In this document: one piece after another, positions 10,798 to 19,721 of the stretch
How the letters are laid out: the number at the start of each line of letters is the position of its first letter
Numbering within the stretch: the stretch's first letter is position 1
Assembly (NCBI GenBank): GCA_963667015.2
Contig: CAXXJJ010000004.1
Location: 1,568,001-1,632,000 of the forward strand
DNA from: Desulfatiglandales bacterium
Lineage (GTDB): Bacteria > Desulfobacterota > DSM-4660 > Desulfatiglandales > HGW-15
Direction: 5' to 3'
Length of the DNA stretch: 64,000 nt
Notes under the pieces: generated by a model
Told to the model about the DNA's origin: nothing
Database searches by the model: none
Seen by the model: the letters and a program-made list of their open reading frames with translations, nothing else
Program-made: the position numbers and the translations under genes

Positions 10798-10951
10798 AGA
10801 TAATGGTTCATTGATCACTCTTTTCTTGACTGCTCTGTGTTTTTTCTCTTATTTTAAGAGAATATTCTTATCGATACAGTGCTGCTTTTTTCAAATGAAT
10901 TAATGTTTTTAGGGTCATCAAATAAACAATAACTGAAATTGGGAGGAATCC

Positions 10952-12232
10952 ATGTCTGAAAGCTCAATATATATTGAGTCCAGAAAACCCGAAACCAAAA
11001 TACACAAACGCCTGATACCCGGGGAGAAGTTTGAAGAAGGCGGTATGTCTTTGCTTATGGAGGCCATTGATACAAATCTTATGCGCAGGATGGCTATGAA
11101 GGTTTTACGGGATGAGAGCAATAAAGATGAGTATGAACTAAGCCGTATGGTAATTGAGGCTCAACTCACTGCCCAGCTTGATCACCCCAATATTGTACCC
11201 ATCTATGAGCTTGGACTGGATAAGAAAAAAAGACTATTCTTCACAATGAAAAAGGTACAGGGGAGACCTCTTTATAAACTGATCACCGAAAAAGAACTCT
11301 CCACAAGGAGTGACAGGGATATTTTTAATCTGGTCCAGATTATGCTCAAGGTATGTGATGCTGTTTCATTTGCGCACAGCAAAGGCGTGCTCCACCGGGA
11401 TCTTAAGCCTGATAATATAATGATTGGTAAATTCGGACAGGTATACTTGATGGACTGGGGTATTGCTTTTGTCAAACAAAATGAAACCTCTGCCTCATGG
11501 ATGGATATACCTGAAATCAAAAAAAGAAAAAGTTACAGTGTTCGTGAAGAGCAAAAGGGAAATGTCCTGGGAACGCCATGTTACATGTCCCCTGAACAGG
11601 CTTCTGGCGACCCGGATGCCATAGATGAGCGAAGTGACATATTCTCACTCGGAGCCATTTTATATGAAATCCTGACAGGGCAGTTCCCCATCCCCGGCAA
11701 ATCCTTGCGCGAGATGCAGACAAATGCCAAAAATTATGAATTCCCGCCCCCTGATGAAAGGGTCGATTTTCCTCTTCCTGTAGGGCTTGTAAGAATTACC
11801 ATGAAGGCAATGAGCAGGAAACCGGAAGACAGGTATCAGAAAGTGGAAGAACTCAGGGATGACCTGGAAAGTTTTCTTGAAGGAAGCGGGCGTTTTCCGG
11901 GAAGGACATACAAGGCCGGTGAAGTGATTGTGCATGAAGGTGACAGGGGTGATGAAGCCTATATTATTAAGGCCGGTGAATGCCGGGCATTTAAGATGAT
12001 CGACGGCGAAAAGGTTGAACTGAGGGTAATGGGCAAAGATGAAGTTTTTGGAGAGACCGCAGTATTAACTGATAAACCAAGATCTGCAAGTGTTGAAGCG
12101 GTTACAGATGTTACCGTCGCCGTCATAAAGGGACATCATTTTGAAGAGGAACTTGGAACCGGTACCTGGTTTGGCCCTTTTATACGTACACTGGCCGAGC
12201 GTTTCCGGGAGGCAGATCAAAAGGCAAATTAA
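10952..12232 (+). CDS. Hanks-type Ser/Thr kinase with C-terminal cyclic-nucleotide-binding domain
   Basis: HPNIV, HRDLKPDN, DWG, GTPCYMSPE; VFGETAVLTDKPRSASVEA. Confidence 0.92.
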   Translation: MSESSIYIESRKPETKIHKRLIPGEKFEEGGMSLLMEAIDTNLMRRMAMKVLRDESNKDEYELSRMVIEAQLTAQLDHPNIVPIYELGLDKKKRLFFTMKKVQGRPLYKLITEKELSTRSDRDIFNLVQIMLKVCDAVSFAHSKGVLHRDLKPDNIMIGKFGQVYLMDWGIAFVKQNETSASWMDIPEIKKRKSYSVREEQKGNVLGTPCYMSPEQASGDPDAIDERSDIFSLGAILYEILTGQFPIPGKSLREMQTNAKNYEFPPPDERVDFPLPVGLVRITMKAMSRKPEDRYQKVEELRDDLESFLEGSGRFPGRTYKAGEVIVHEGDRGDEAYIIKAGECRAFKMIDGEKVELRVMGKDEVFGETAVLTDKPRSASVEAVTDVTVAVIKGHHFEEELGTGTWFGPFIRTLAERFREADQKAN

Positions 12233-13185
12233 TCAGCTAATAAATCAATTTCCTTCTCAAACTTTACACCTATTCCTGCTGATTCAAGACGTACAATGGT
12301 GCCTTTTGATTTGATGTTCTTTTTCCCCTCAGGAAGCTGAAATGTTAAGGTTATTTCCTGTTCTATACTGAAAGACTCCATGGTTTCGATAAAGGCCCCG
12401 GTTGGGCTGATATTGCTGATATACCCGGTATATACCTTGTCTTTAATAATGAAATGAGTATAGATGAGCCGTTCTTTTCTCTGGGTAACGCGCCGCTCCC
12501 CGGTTTTTTGTTCAAATGATTTGAGGAACGTTCTCTTTTCCTTTAAAAGCTGAGCACTATCATATTTACTCAATTTGATTTCTTCATATAAATTACCAAT
12601 CTGGATTGCCGCTTTGCTTCGAGGTGCGTACTGAAGCACTGAAACGCCTTTTTTAAAGGATTTAATAAAGTCGGCATACTGGTTAATTTCATTTTTAAAT
12701 ATATCCACGCCATAGGGAGTCAGCGTCTCCCGCACTTCACGCCCCATTATGGTACCTGTAACAGTCTTTGAAACTAGGAGTCTCGCGTTGAGCCTTTTAT
12801 TATGATTCTGTACCTGCCGTATCAGACTGATAATTTTGGCGCTTGAGCGAATTGAAAGGGGAGAAGGATCGATAGGCACAATGGCCAGATGGGAAGTCAG
12901 CAGGCTTGAAACGATAATTTTACTTATACCCGGAGGTGTATCGATGATGGTATGGGTGTAACCCTTCGAAAGTTTCTCCATATCATGGTGAATGGAATTT
13001 TCAGGATAATGTATAACATCAAGCGCCTTATTCTCTAAAAGACCCTGCCATTTCACCACGCAGCCAAGAGGATCGGTATCTATAAGCAGGACCCTGTTTT
13101 TTTTCTGAGCGATATAGCAGGCAAGGTTAATGGCAATGGTCGACTTACCCACTCCTCCCTTGTTGTTTGCCAGGCTGATAATCAT
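12229..13185 (-). CDS. ParA/MinD-family ATPase fused to a C-terminal PilZ domain
   Basis: NNKGGVGKST, IDTDP, IIDTPP; RRVTQR and NISPTG. Confidence 0.85.
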   Translation of the reverse strand: MIISLANNKGGVGKSTIAINLACYIAQKKNRVLLIDTDPLGCVVKWQGLLENKALDVIHYPENSIHHDMEKLSKGYTHTIIDTPPGISKIIVSSLLTSHLAIVPIDPSPLSIRSSAKIISLIRQVQNHNKRLNARLLVSKTVTGTIMGREVRETLTPYGVDIFKNEINQYADFIKSFKKGVSVLQYAPRSKAAIQIGNLYEEIKLSKYDSAQLLKEKRTFLKSFEQKTGERRVTQRKERLIYTHFIIKDKVYTGYISNISPTGAFIETMESFSIEQEITLTFQLPEGKKNIKSKGTIVRLESAGIGVKFEKEIDLLAD

Positions 13186-13414
13186 CGTGATGCTCCAATT
13201 TATTATGTGTAAAAAAATTCAGATCTGATTGTATCCCTCATTGTCCCCGCTCACATGGCTATTTAAATGCCTGTGAATATCTGCAAATGTTTTAACACCT
13301 TAAAAACTATTGAAAATAAATTATTCTATAAATCTTATCAATAAAAAAACAATTTGCATATGAATGCATCTCCTGTCTATAATTGCCAAAACTATCTGAT
13401 CTCAGGAGAATACC

Positions 13415-14046
13415 ATGAAAAAGGCGCTTATACTTGTGGATATACAGAATGATTTTATTCCGGGAGGAGCTCTTGAGGTACGCAGGGGAGATGAAGTTGT
13501 TGAGGTTGCCAACAGGGCAATGAAACATTTTGATCATATTATCGCCACTCAGGACTGGCATCCTGCAGACCACAAATCATTCGCCAGTCAGCATGAAGGG
13601 AAAAATATCGGAGAATTCATTGAACTGCATGGTCAACCCCAGATACTCTGGCCGGACCACTGTGTTAAAGAATACAAAAGGAGCAGAGTTTGCTCCCGGA
13701 CTCAATGTTTCAGGTATCACAAAGGTTATTAAGAAAGGACTTGATAAAGAGGTGGACAGCTACAGCGGTTTTTTTGACAATGCACAGGACCACGCAACCG
13801 GGCTGGAGGATTACCTGAAATCGCAGGAAATAGATACCCTGTACATCATGGGCCTTGCCACTGATTATTGCGTTAAGTACACGGCCCTTGATGCCAGAAG
13901 GCTTGGCTTTGATACAAACCATCATCATTGAAGGAGTAAGAGGAGTTGAGCTTAATTCCGGAGACTGTGATGCCGCGATTGAGGAGATGAAAAAAACAGG
14001 GGTAAAGGTTGGCAGCATTGACAACCTTAAGGCTGAAGCGTATTAG
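13415..14046 (+). pseudogene. pncA: Nicotinamidase/pyrazinamidase with two +1 frameshifts (pseudogene or sequencing error)
   Basis: DIQNDFIPGGAL, QDWH, WPDHCV | DSYSGFFDN, GLATDYCV spread over three frames. Extra bases near 13667-13670 and 13916-13920. Confidence 0.85.
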
Positions 14047-14224
14047 TCTGAAGGCTATCAGGTAAAGCCTTTTCGCATTGATCTTAACAATGCGGATAAT
14101 ATTTAAAAAACAAAACCAATCTTTCATTCTGAAATTAAATGTAGTTACCACTATTTAATCTTACAAATATCTCAAGTAAGATTTGACTTCTACTGACATG
14201 TAAAATGTTTAGATTTCTTATCGA

Positions 14225-14280
14225 AGTCTATACTTAAATGTTACTTCAAATTGTTATGACTTAGCTGTAGTCTATACTTA
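14225..14280. repeat. 12-bp direct repeat AGTCTATACTTA (two copies) at the distal end of the cassette array
   Basis: Copies at 14225-14236 and 14269-14280. Confidence 0.7.
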
Positions 14281-14340
14281 GTAACGACCTGATTCACGGG
14301 AAGCCGGCGTCTTATCAGGCTTTCCGGTGAAAGATTATTT
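14279..14340 (-). other. attC-like site A (degenerate R'' side)
   Basis: Minus strand: AAATAAT-CTTTCACCGGAAAGCCTGATAAGACGCCGGCTTCCCGTGAATCAGGTC-GTTACTA. The core closely resembles site B and overlaps the TIR gene stop. Confidence 0.7.
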
Positions 14341-15579
14341 TTTCTTACGTGCTCTTTTTACTGCATTATCAATGGATCGTGAAAGAATTTCCATTTGTTC
14401 TGAGTAGTTCTTTACTTCTCTAAAATCTGTGAAACGATAATCTGATAGAAAAACCGGAAGTTCGCAGTCCTTATATACAACTGGAAGAATTTTTAATTCT
14501 TCTGCCAATCTTAGGTTATAAGCAGCTCTTAATTCTTCTTTCACCCAAGGACGCTCTAAAGCATCAGGAGATAGAACAATAACAAATGTAAAGCAACTTT
14601 TTAAGGCTTCTTGTATTTTATCAGAAATTGAATCACCAATGTCGATTTCTCCTTCATCGCGCCAAACATGTAAATTCCTGTTTTTTAAATCCCCTGCTAT
14701 TTTCCGCGCGAAATTTTGATCTCCAGTAAAATAACTAATGAAAACATCAAATTCTTTTTCTTTCATAACATCTATTAACATCCTTCCCGGAAATGGGGCA
14801 TCCATAACTGAATATGATTTCATATCATAAGGTATTAATTCATTTATTACTGTTTCAGAAGGTAGTTCAGCTAAATACGTTCCTCGCTTTGCCCAATATT
14901 GATAACTATTTGTAGGGTCTTCTGTGTTCACAACTTTATCAGCAGCTGGTGAAAGATATGGAAGGTGTAAAATCCCCTCTGCTTCGTGTGCGGACATCCC
15001 TAGAAGAAGAAGATCTTTTTGTCTAACCATTTCCATCATATTCTCTATTTAAATCCTATCTTGAGCGTTAAGCGTCAGTTGTTGGTGAAGCCCATACCAT
15101 TTCGATTCATTTTGTAAACTTCTAAATGCACTGAATACATTTGGTGTATCAGGGTTCCTTTGTTTCCATGATCCTATTGATAATCCACCAGTAAAATCAT
15201 ATGAAACAGGTTGCCTCCCAAGTTCTTTCAATGAGTCCAATAATCGTCTATCAAGAGATATATCTATAAAATTGGAAACTGGAATAGTTGCGATTTTTCT
15301 ATGTATTGATTTAGGTTTTGTTGACTCTTTCTTCTTTATTACAAAAGACCATACTTTTTGTCTTTCATTTTTTTTCTCAACCTTATCGATGAATTGATTC
15401 CACTTTGTATACCACTCATATTGGTTTGAAACAGAAAATTTAACATTAAAGTGGGAGCAGATCTCATTTGCCATCGTTGGCAGGTCCATGCCGCCAGAGA
15501 ACAAACTACCCACAGCTATACAAAGCTGATTTGCACGAGCTTTCATTTTAATTCTATGTATAAAGGAATCGTCTATCAT
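14335..15579 (-). pseudogene. SIR2-like (degenerate) + TIR domain protein split by in-frame TAA at 15049-15051
   Basis: ORFs 15579-15049 and 15039-14335 are in frame (DRI*IENMM). SIR2_2-like AVGSLFS..LP, FIDISLD, DLLLLGMS; TIR DVFISY...WVKEEL...ILPV. Confidence 0.72.
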
Positions 15580-15586
15580 TTTTTTT

Positions 15587-16891
15587 GGTTCATCCGGTTA
15601 ATGAGTACATAAAGTTGAAATAGAGGTGGAATAGGTTGATAATCCAATGGTAACCACACCAAAAGGAGGTATCAACCACATGTCCACCTCATTACTCTAT
15701 CATGCCTTTGGAATCAAAGGAGTCAAGTATATTTCTACAAAATATAAAAATGGGGTTACTATATTTAACTCAGAAGTATCAAATTCCATTGAGTATTGCC
15801 CTGAGTGTAAAAGTCATAAAACAAGCAGACAAAAGGGTGTAAAAATCAGGGATTTTAAAATGAACCCCATAGGTTCGAGGCCAACCTTTCTAAGGTTAAA
15901 GATATGGCGTCTTTATTGTGAAGACTGTCACTCTCTAAGATGGCCTAAACTCCCTTTTTCCGAGGGTAAAAAACGATATACAAGGCGTTTCGCAAAATTT
16001 GCTATTGATCTACTACACTGGATGACTATCTCCGGAACAGCCAGCATTCTAAGTGTTGGTTGGGATCTGATTAAAGATATCCATAAGGAACACTTAAAAC
16101 GCCGTTACAAAACACCACCATTGGAAAAATTAGAATACCTGGGCATTGATGAATTCAGTATTAGAAAAGGTCATAATTATATGAGTATCTTTGTTGATCT
16201 TAAATCAGGACGTATACTCCATGCCGTTGAAGGCCGATCAGGTGAAGATATAGAACCCTTTCTAAAACGTATAAAAAAAAGATCCCCTAAGCTAAAAGCC
16301 ATTGCCATGGACATGAGTAAAAGCTATATCGCTGCAGTGCAGGAGCATTTGCCCCTTGTACCAATAGTTTTCGATCACTATCACATCTCTGCTTTAATGA
16401 ACAATGCCATTGAGGATGTGAGGCGGGAGCAACAGGCAAAAATCGATCAAGAAGGAGCAAATCTCATAAAAGGCTCCCGCTTCCTTCTTTTGAAAAATTA
16501 CGAAAAACTTTGTGATGAAAAGCAAGACCGCCTTAATAACTTGCTCCGGGTCAACGAACCTCTTTTCACTGCCCATACAATGAAAGAACAACTGAGACAA
16601 TTTTGGGAAAAAGACACTTACATTGACGCAGCTTTGTTCTTGGATGCGTGGTGCACTGATGCTGAAAAATCAGGCATAAAACCTTTAGTAAAAGTATCCA
16701 AAACCCTTATGCAGCATAGCCATGGTTTATTGAACTACTTTTTCCATCGAATTACTTCCGCTCAAGTCGAAGGTATTAATAATAAAATAAAAACCCTTAA
16801 AAGACAGGCCTATGGCTTTCGGGATATGGTATACTTTAAATTGAGATTGTATCATTTACACTCTCAGGCGTACTCATTAACCGGATGATCC
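15587..16891 (+). mobile_element. Complete ISL3-family insertion sequence
   Basis: 22-bp IRs GGTTCATCCGGTTAATGAGTAC / GGATCATCCGGTTAATGAGTAC (21/22 match); 8-bp T8 duplication at 15579-15586 and 16892-16899. Confidence 0.95.
15647..16888 (+). CDS. ISL3 transposase
   Basis: CPEC/CEDC zinc finger, LGIDEF, AMDMS, FDHYH, EGINNKIKTLKRQAYGFR. Confidence 0.95.
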   Translation: MVTTPKGGINHMSTSLLYHAFGIKGVKYISTKYKNGVTIFNSEVSNSIEYCPECKSHKTSRQKGVKIRDFKMNPIGSRPTFLRLKIWRLYCEDCHSLRWPKLPFSEGKKRYTRRFAKFAIDLLHWMTISGTASILSVGWDLIKDIHKEHLKRRYKTPPLEKLEYLGIDEFSIRKGHNYMSIFVDLKSGRILHAVEGRSGEDIEPFLKRIKKRSPKLKAIAMDMSKSYIAAVQEHLPLVPIVFDHYHISALMNNAIEDVRREQQAKIDQEGANLIKGSRFLLLKNYEKLCDEKQDRLNNLLRVNEPLFTAHTMKEQLRQFWEKDTYIDAALFLDAWCTDAEKSGIKPLVKVSKTLMQHSHGLLNYFFHRITSAQVEGINNKIKTLKRQAYGFRDMVYFKLRLYHLHSQAYSLTG

Positions 16892-16898
16892 TTTTTTT

Positions 16899-16965
16899 TG
16901 ATAACGTTTGGCTTCACTGGAAGCCGACGTCTCATCAGGCTTTCCAGTGAAAGCCGATGTTAGCC
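16899..16965 (-). other. attC site B (canonical)
   Basis: R'' GGCTAAC contains the gene stop codon; imperfect palindrome with two extra bases on one arm; R' GTTATCA. Confidence 0.88.
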
Positions 16966-17805
16966 CAGAAATACTAAGTTCTCTGGTTTTTGTGTAAGTT
17001 TTATTTTGCCTTGGCTATTCACCGATAATAAATTATCAAAATGTGTAAAATGTAGAATATTTAGCATTAATACCTCTTCAGGCTTTTTTCCCAATTCCGC
17101 AATAAATTTTTTTGAATCAAATGAATCATGATCTTTCAAATAAGCTGTTACACGCCGGAATAGTTTTGGGAGAATTATATTGTTTTCTGTAACATCAATT
17201 AATGAGTTTATAGCACAGTAGGTATTTGTTTTATCTTCTGACCATAAACCCTTTTTTGAACTTCTTGCCTTAACTGCAGCTTTCGAAAACAGTTCGCGCA
17301 AATCATAGAACATACCGTCATAGAATGTTGGATAAGCCAATCCTTTAGACAGCATCTTATAATTTACTGATTTCCGTGCAATTTGACTGTTAAGGTATAA
17401 TTCATCAACACTTTTTAACTCTGATAGATTTGGGAAAACAAATGAAACTGGTCTTCCATACCTTTCAGCCTGTCTTGATACAATGTATCCAGTCACACCA
17501 TCATTTGCAGAAGTGACTTTTGAACCACTATCGTTCCATATGACATTTTCAACACCAAGTAATTTGAAAAGGTAATTTGTTGCCAAAACAGCAAATTCTT
17601 TGGGTTGGTGTTCCTGCTCGTAGTGCGTTTCGAGAGTATCAATGCCCTCAATTCGGAGTTGGGCATGCCCTTTTGAGTTTAACTTTACTTTTCCTCCACC
17701 TAGTTGCTCCCAAGACGAAGTATCCTCGGCTTTAAATCTTATTGAATCACCATCTGGTGAATAACCTACAACATGAAAAGAACCCTTTATCACTTTGAAT
17801 GACAT
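16960..17805 (-). CDS. Thermonuclease (SNase-fold)-like nuclease without signal peptide; cassette gene
   Basis: SPDGDSIRF, LRIEGIDTLE, ERYGR, MLSKGLA, ARSSKKGLW; AGGAGG RBS. Confidence 0.78.
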   Translation of the reverse strand: MSFKVIKGSFHVVGYSPDGDSIRFKAEDTSSWEQLGGGKVKLNSKGHAQLRIEGIDTLETHYEQEHQPKEFAVLATNYLFKLLGVENVIWNDSGSKVTSANDGVTGYIVSRQAERYGRPVSFVFPNLSELKSVDELYLNSQIARKSVNYKMLSKGLAYPTFYDGMFYDLRELFSKAAVKARSSKKGLWSEDKTNTYCAINSLIDVTENNIILPKLFRRVTAYLKDHDSFDSKKFIAELGKKPEEVLMLNILHFTHFDNLLSVNSQGKIKLTQKPENLVFLG

Positions 17806-17912
17806 AATTCCCTCCTATTTTGATTAAAAATTAGGGTAAGCAATTTTCTCCTTACCAAAAGTTAAAAATCAACATTAATATTATGAATAAAGACACTTTC
17901 ATTTTAAAAAAG

Positions 17913-18002
17913 GGTTATCGACAGAGATCAGGCGCGGGCCAGATGACTTGCAGCATCAGAGCTCCCGCACCCCTTCCCGTCGCCTGAATTGATTTGATAT
18001 GC
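17913..18002 (-). other. attC-like site C with non-canonical ATC/GAT cores
   Basis: GCATATC-AAATC-AATTCAGGCGACGGG...CCCGCGCCTGATC-TCTGTC-GATAACC, with 5-nt and 6-nt spacers as in attC. Confidence 0.78.
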
Positions 18003-18013
18003 CATTTGTCATT

Positions 18014-19192
18014 TTACGATTCCTGCAATTGTTCAACAAGCTGAACCAGGGAGATGGTACAATCTGATATCTTGTCTATGATTGCCTGTAATGACCTCCC
18101 TCCATCCATATATAACCCCATTGTTTCAACAAGATGTAAATCTCGCCCTATTGAAGATAATTCTTGTTTGCTATCATCCTCGATAGTTTTAACATTATAC
18201 TGGGACATTTTTAGCAATCGGTGTCCGAACCCAGAAGCTTCTGTTTGTAGTTCTTCGATCCTTCCAGTTTCGACCATATCCTGTGACCGACTGACTAGGT
18301 CATTTAGTTTCCGAGAAATTATAATTATTGAGTCTCTAATCTGCTTTTCTGAATCAGCGCTCAATTGGATGGAATCAATATTTCTCTTTTTGATTTCTAT
18401 TAGCTTTCCCTTTGCTTGCTCGGTAAGACGCTTTAACTCTGGCCCGCATCCCAGGGTCAACCGCATGGAGGCTACAGCATCAAGATCAATAGATACTTCT
18501 TTAAGCTCACCAGCTATATTGTCTTCAATAGCAATATCCTGCGCTGACAGATCCCTTAGCTCAGCAGCGGCGTAGCCAAAATCAGACCGCCATTGATCTA
18601 ACCAAGGGTTGATTTGTCTCTCTTCTGCTTGCTCGGCATATATTAATGTGTCAATGATAATTCTTGCGAGATTGGAATAGAAATCAGAACGAGCATCAGG
18701 AATATTTTCATTTTCTCCTATACTTTTAACAGCCAGGTGTTCGGTTATGAGCTCAAGCACTTCATGAGGCTCTGCAGGACGAGACTCTGTGAGATGGCGT
18801 ACATAAGGGACATTGTTACTATAATATACAGGTTGTTTTCCGTGTGGCACATTTATAACCAAAACAACTAGATCGTCTTCTACAGCAAACGTTGCTACGG
18901 GTGTAATAGCTGGTTTTACTGTGCCTCTACAAATACCTTCAAGCCGTTTAAATAGATTATCTCTATCTTCCTGACTGTCAGCATTCTTAATACCTATGAG
19001 GTCACCTGAGTCTGATACTCCAATCAAAATAGTTCCTTGGTTGGAGGTGGCGAACGCCGCGATTTCTTTTGCCAAGTCACGAGTGTTCTGCGGGAATATT
19101 TCTTTGTATTCTAAATGCTGTCCTTCTCCTCTTGAACGTAGTATTGGCAAATCTTTGGAAAGGTTCTCATCGGCCCAGTTTGGTATATTCAC
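18014..19192 (-). CDS. Schlafen/AlbA_2-domain protein with an uncharacterised helical C-terminal region; cassette gene
   Basis: GEGQHLEYKE, LAKEIAAFATSNQGTILIGVSDSG, PYVRH. GTG start after AGGAG. Confidence 0.85.
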   Translation of the reverse strand: MNIPNWADENLSKDLPILRSRGEGQHLEYKEIFPQNTRDLAKEIAAFATSNQGTILIGVSDSGDLIGIKNADSQEDRDNLFKRLEGICRGTVKPAITPVATFAVEDDLVVLVINVPHGKQPVYYSNNVPYVRHLTESRPAEPHEVLELITEHLAVKSIGENENIPDARSDFYSNLARIIIDTLIYAEQAEERQINPWLDQWRSDFGYAAAELRDLSAQDIAIEDNIAGELKEVSIDLDAVASMRLTLGCGPELKRLTEQAKGKLIEIKKRNIDSIQLSADSEKQIRDSIIIISRKLNDLVSRSQDMVETGRIEELQTEASGFGHRLLKMSQYNVKTIEDDSKQELSSIGRDLHLVETMGLYMDGGRSLQAIIDKISDCTISLVQLVEQLQES

Positions 19193-19206
19193 TTCGCTCT
19201 CCTATT

Positions 19207-19297
19207 TAGGAACATCGTTTTGCTCTCCAGCCCCGCCGCAATTCTATGCAAAAAATGAAGGAGACCCTCCGGTGTCTGGTGTAGCTGATTGTTAAAA
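19207..19297 (-). other. attC-like site D
   Basis: TTTTAAC-AATCA-GCTACACCAGACACC...GGGGCTGGAGAGC-AAAAC-GATGTTCCTA, directly upstream of the Schlafen RBS. Confidence 0.65.
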
Positions 19298-19478
19298 GCC
19301 GTTTTGGTTGCCATTTGGGGCTCATATAATTTGATTAACTGACTATTTTTACGTAACAATTTCGATTTTAATTTTCTATTTGGGGATTTGGGCAATATTT
19401 CTTATTTCCCCATATTAAAGGTGTCGCCGTTTAGCTCTTTTACCTCTATTAGCAATAAATAATTTATTCAAAAACAAA

Positions 19479-19508
19479 CTGGATTCCTCGATCAAGTCGA
19501 AGAATGAC
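19479..19508. repeat. REP-like hairpin
   Basis: CTGGATTCCTCGATCAAGTCGAAGAATGAC, an imperfect palindrome. Confidence 0.5.
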
Positions 19509-19564
19509 GAAAAAAATATTTTATTTGCGTAAAACAACCGGTGTCAGGTCTTCACATTTCACGC

Positions 19565-19721
19565 AAATACAAAATCCCACATCTAAATTTGAGAAAGTGA
19601 GGTTTATGTATATTTTCGAATCATTGTTTTATTCCAGCATTTACTTTTTATTGCTGGAGCTGGCAGCGTTTTGGATATGCATTTTTAAGACTTACAAACT
19701 TTCGACGGTGTCAGGTCCAGG
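19565..19721 (+). repeat. ~155-bp direct repeat, copy 1
   Basis: Alignable to 20848-20998; the last 32 bp (ACTTACAAACTTTCGACGGTGTCAGGTCCAGG) are identical. Confidence 0.85.

Noticed and set aside
9001..10810. Precise IS1380 ends and target duplication
   Set aside because: The candidate IRs match only over CCTGA plus a few bases, and the flanks (TATTA vs AGATA) differ.
15049..15051. Sec/Pyl recoding of the internal stop
   Set aside because: The codon is TAA, not TGA or TAG.
14335..15579. Calling the SIR2/TIR locus Thoeris
   Set aside because: It is one fused frame with degenerate SIR2 motifs and no SLOG or Macro domain, which does not match ThsA/ThsB organisation.
14279..19297. Hairpin repeats as a CRISPR array
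   Set aside because: The repeats are non-identical, separated by whole genes and have attC architecture; there are no cas genes.
19298..19560. intI or attI at the head of the array
   Set aside because: No tyrosine recombinase ORF or recognisable attI; only short uninformative frames and a REP-like hairpin.
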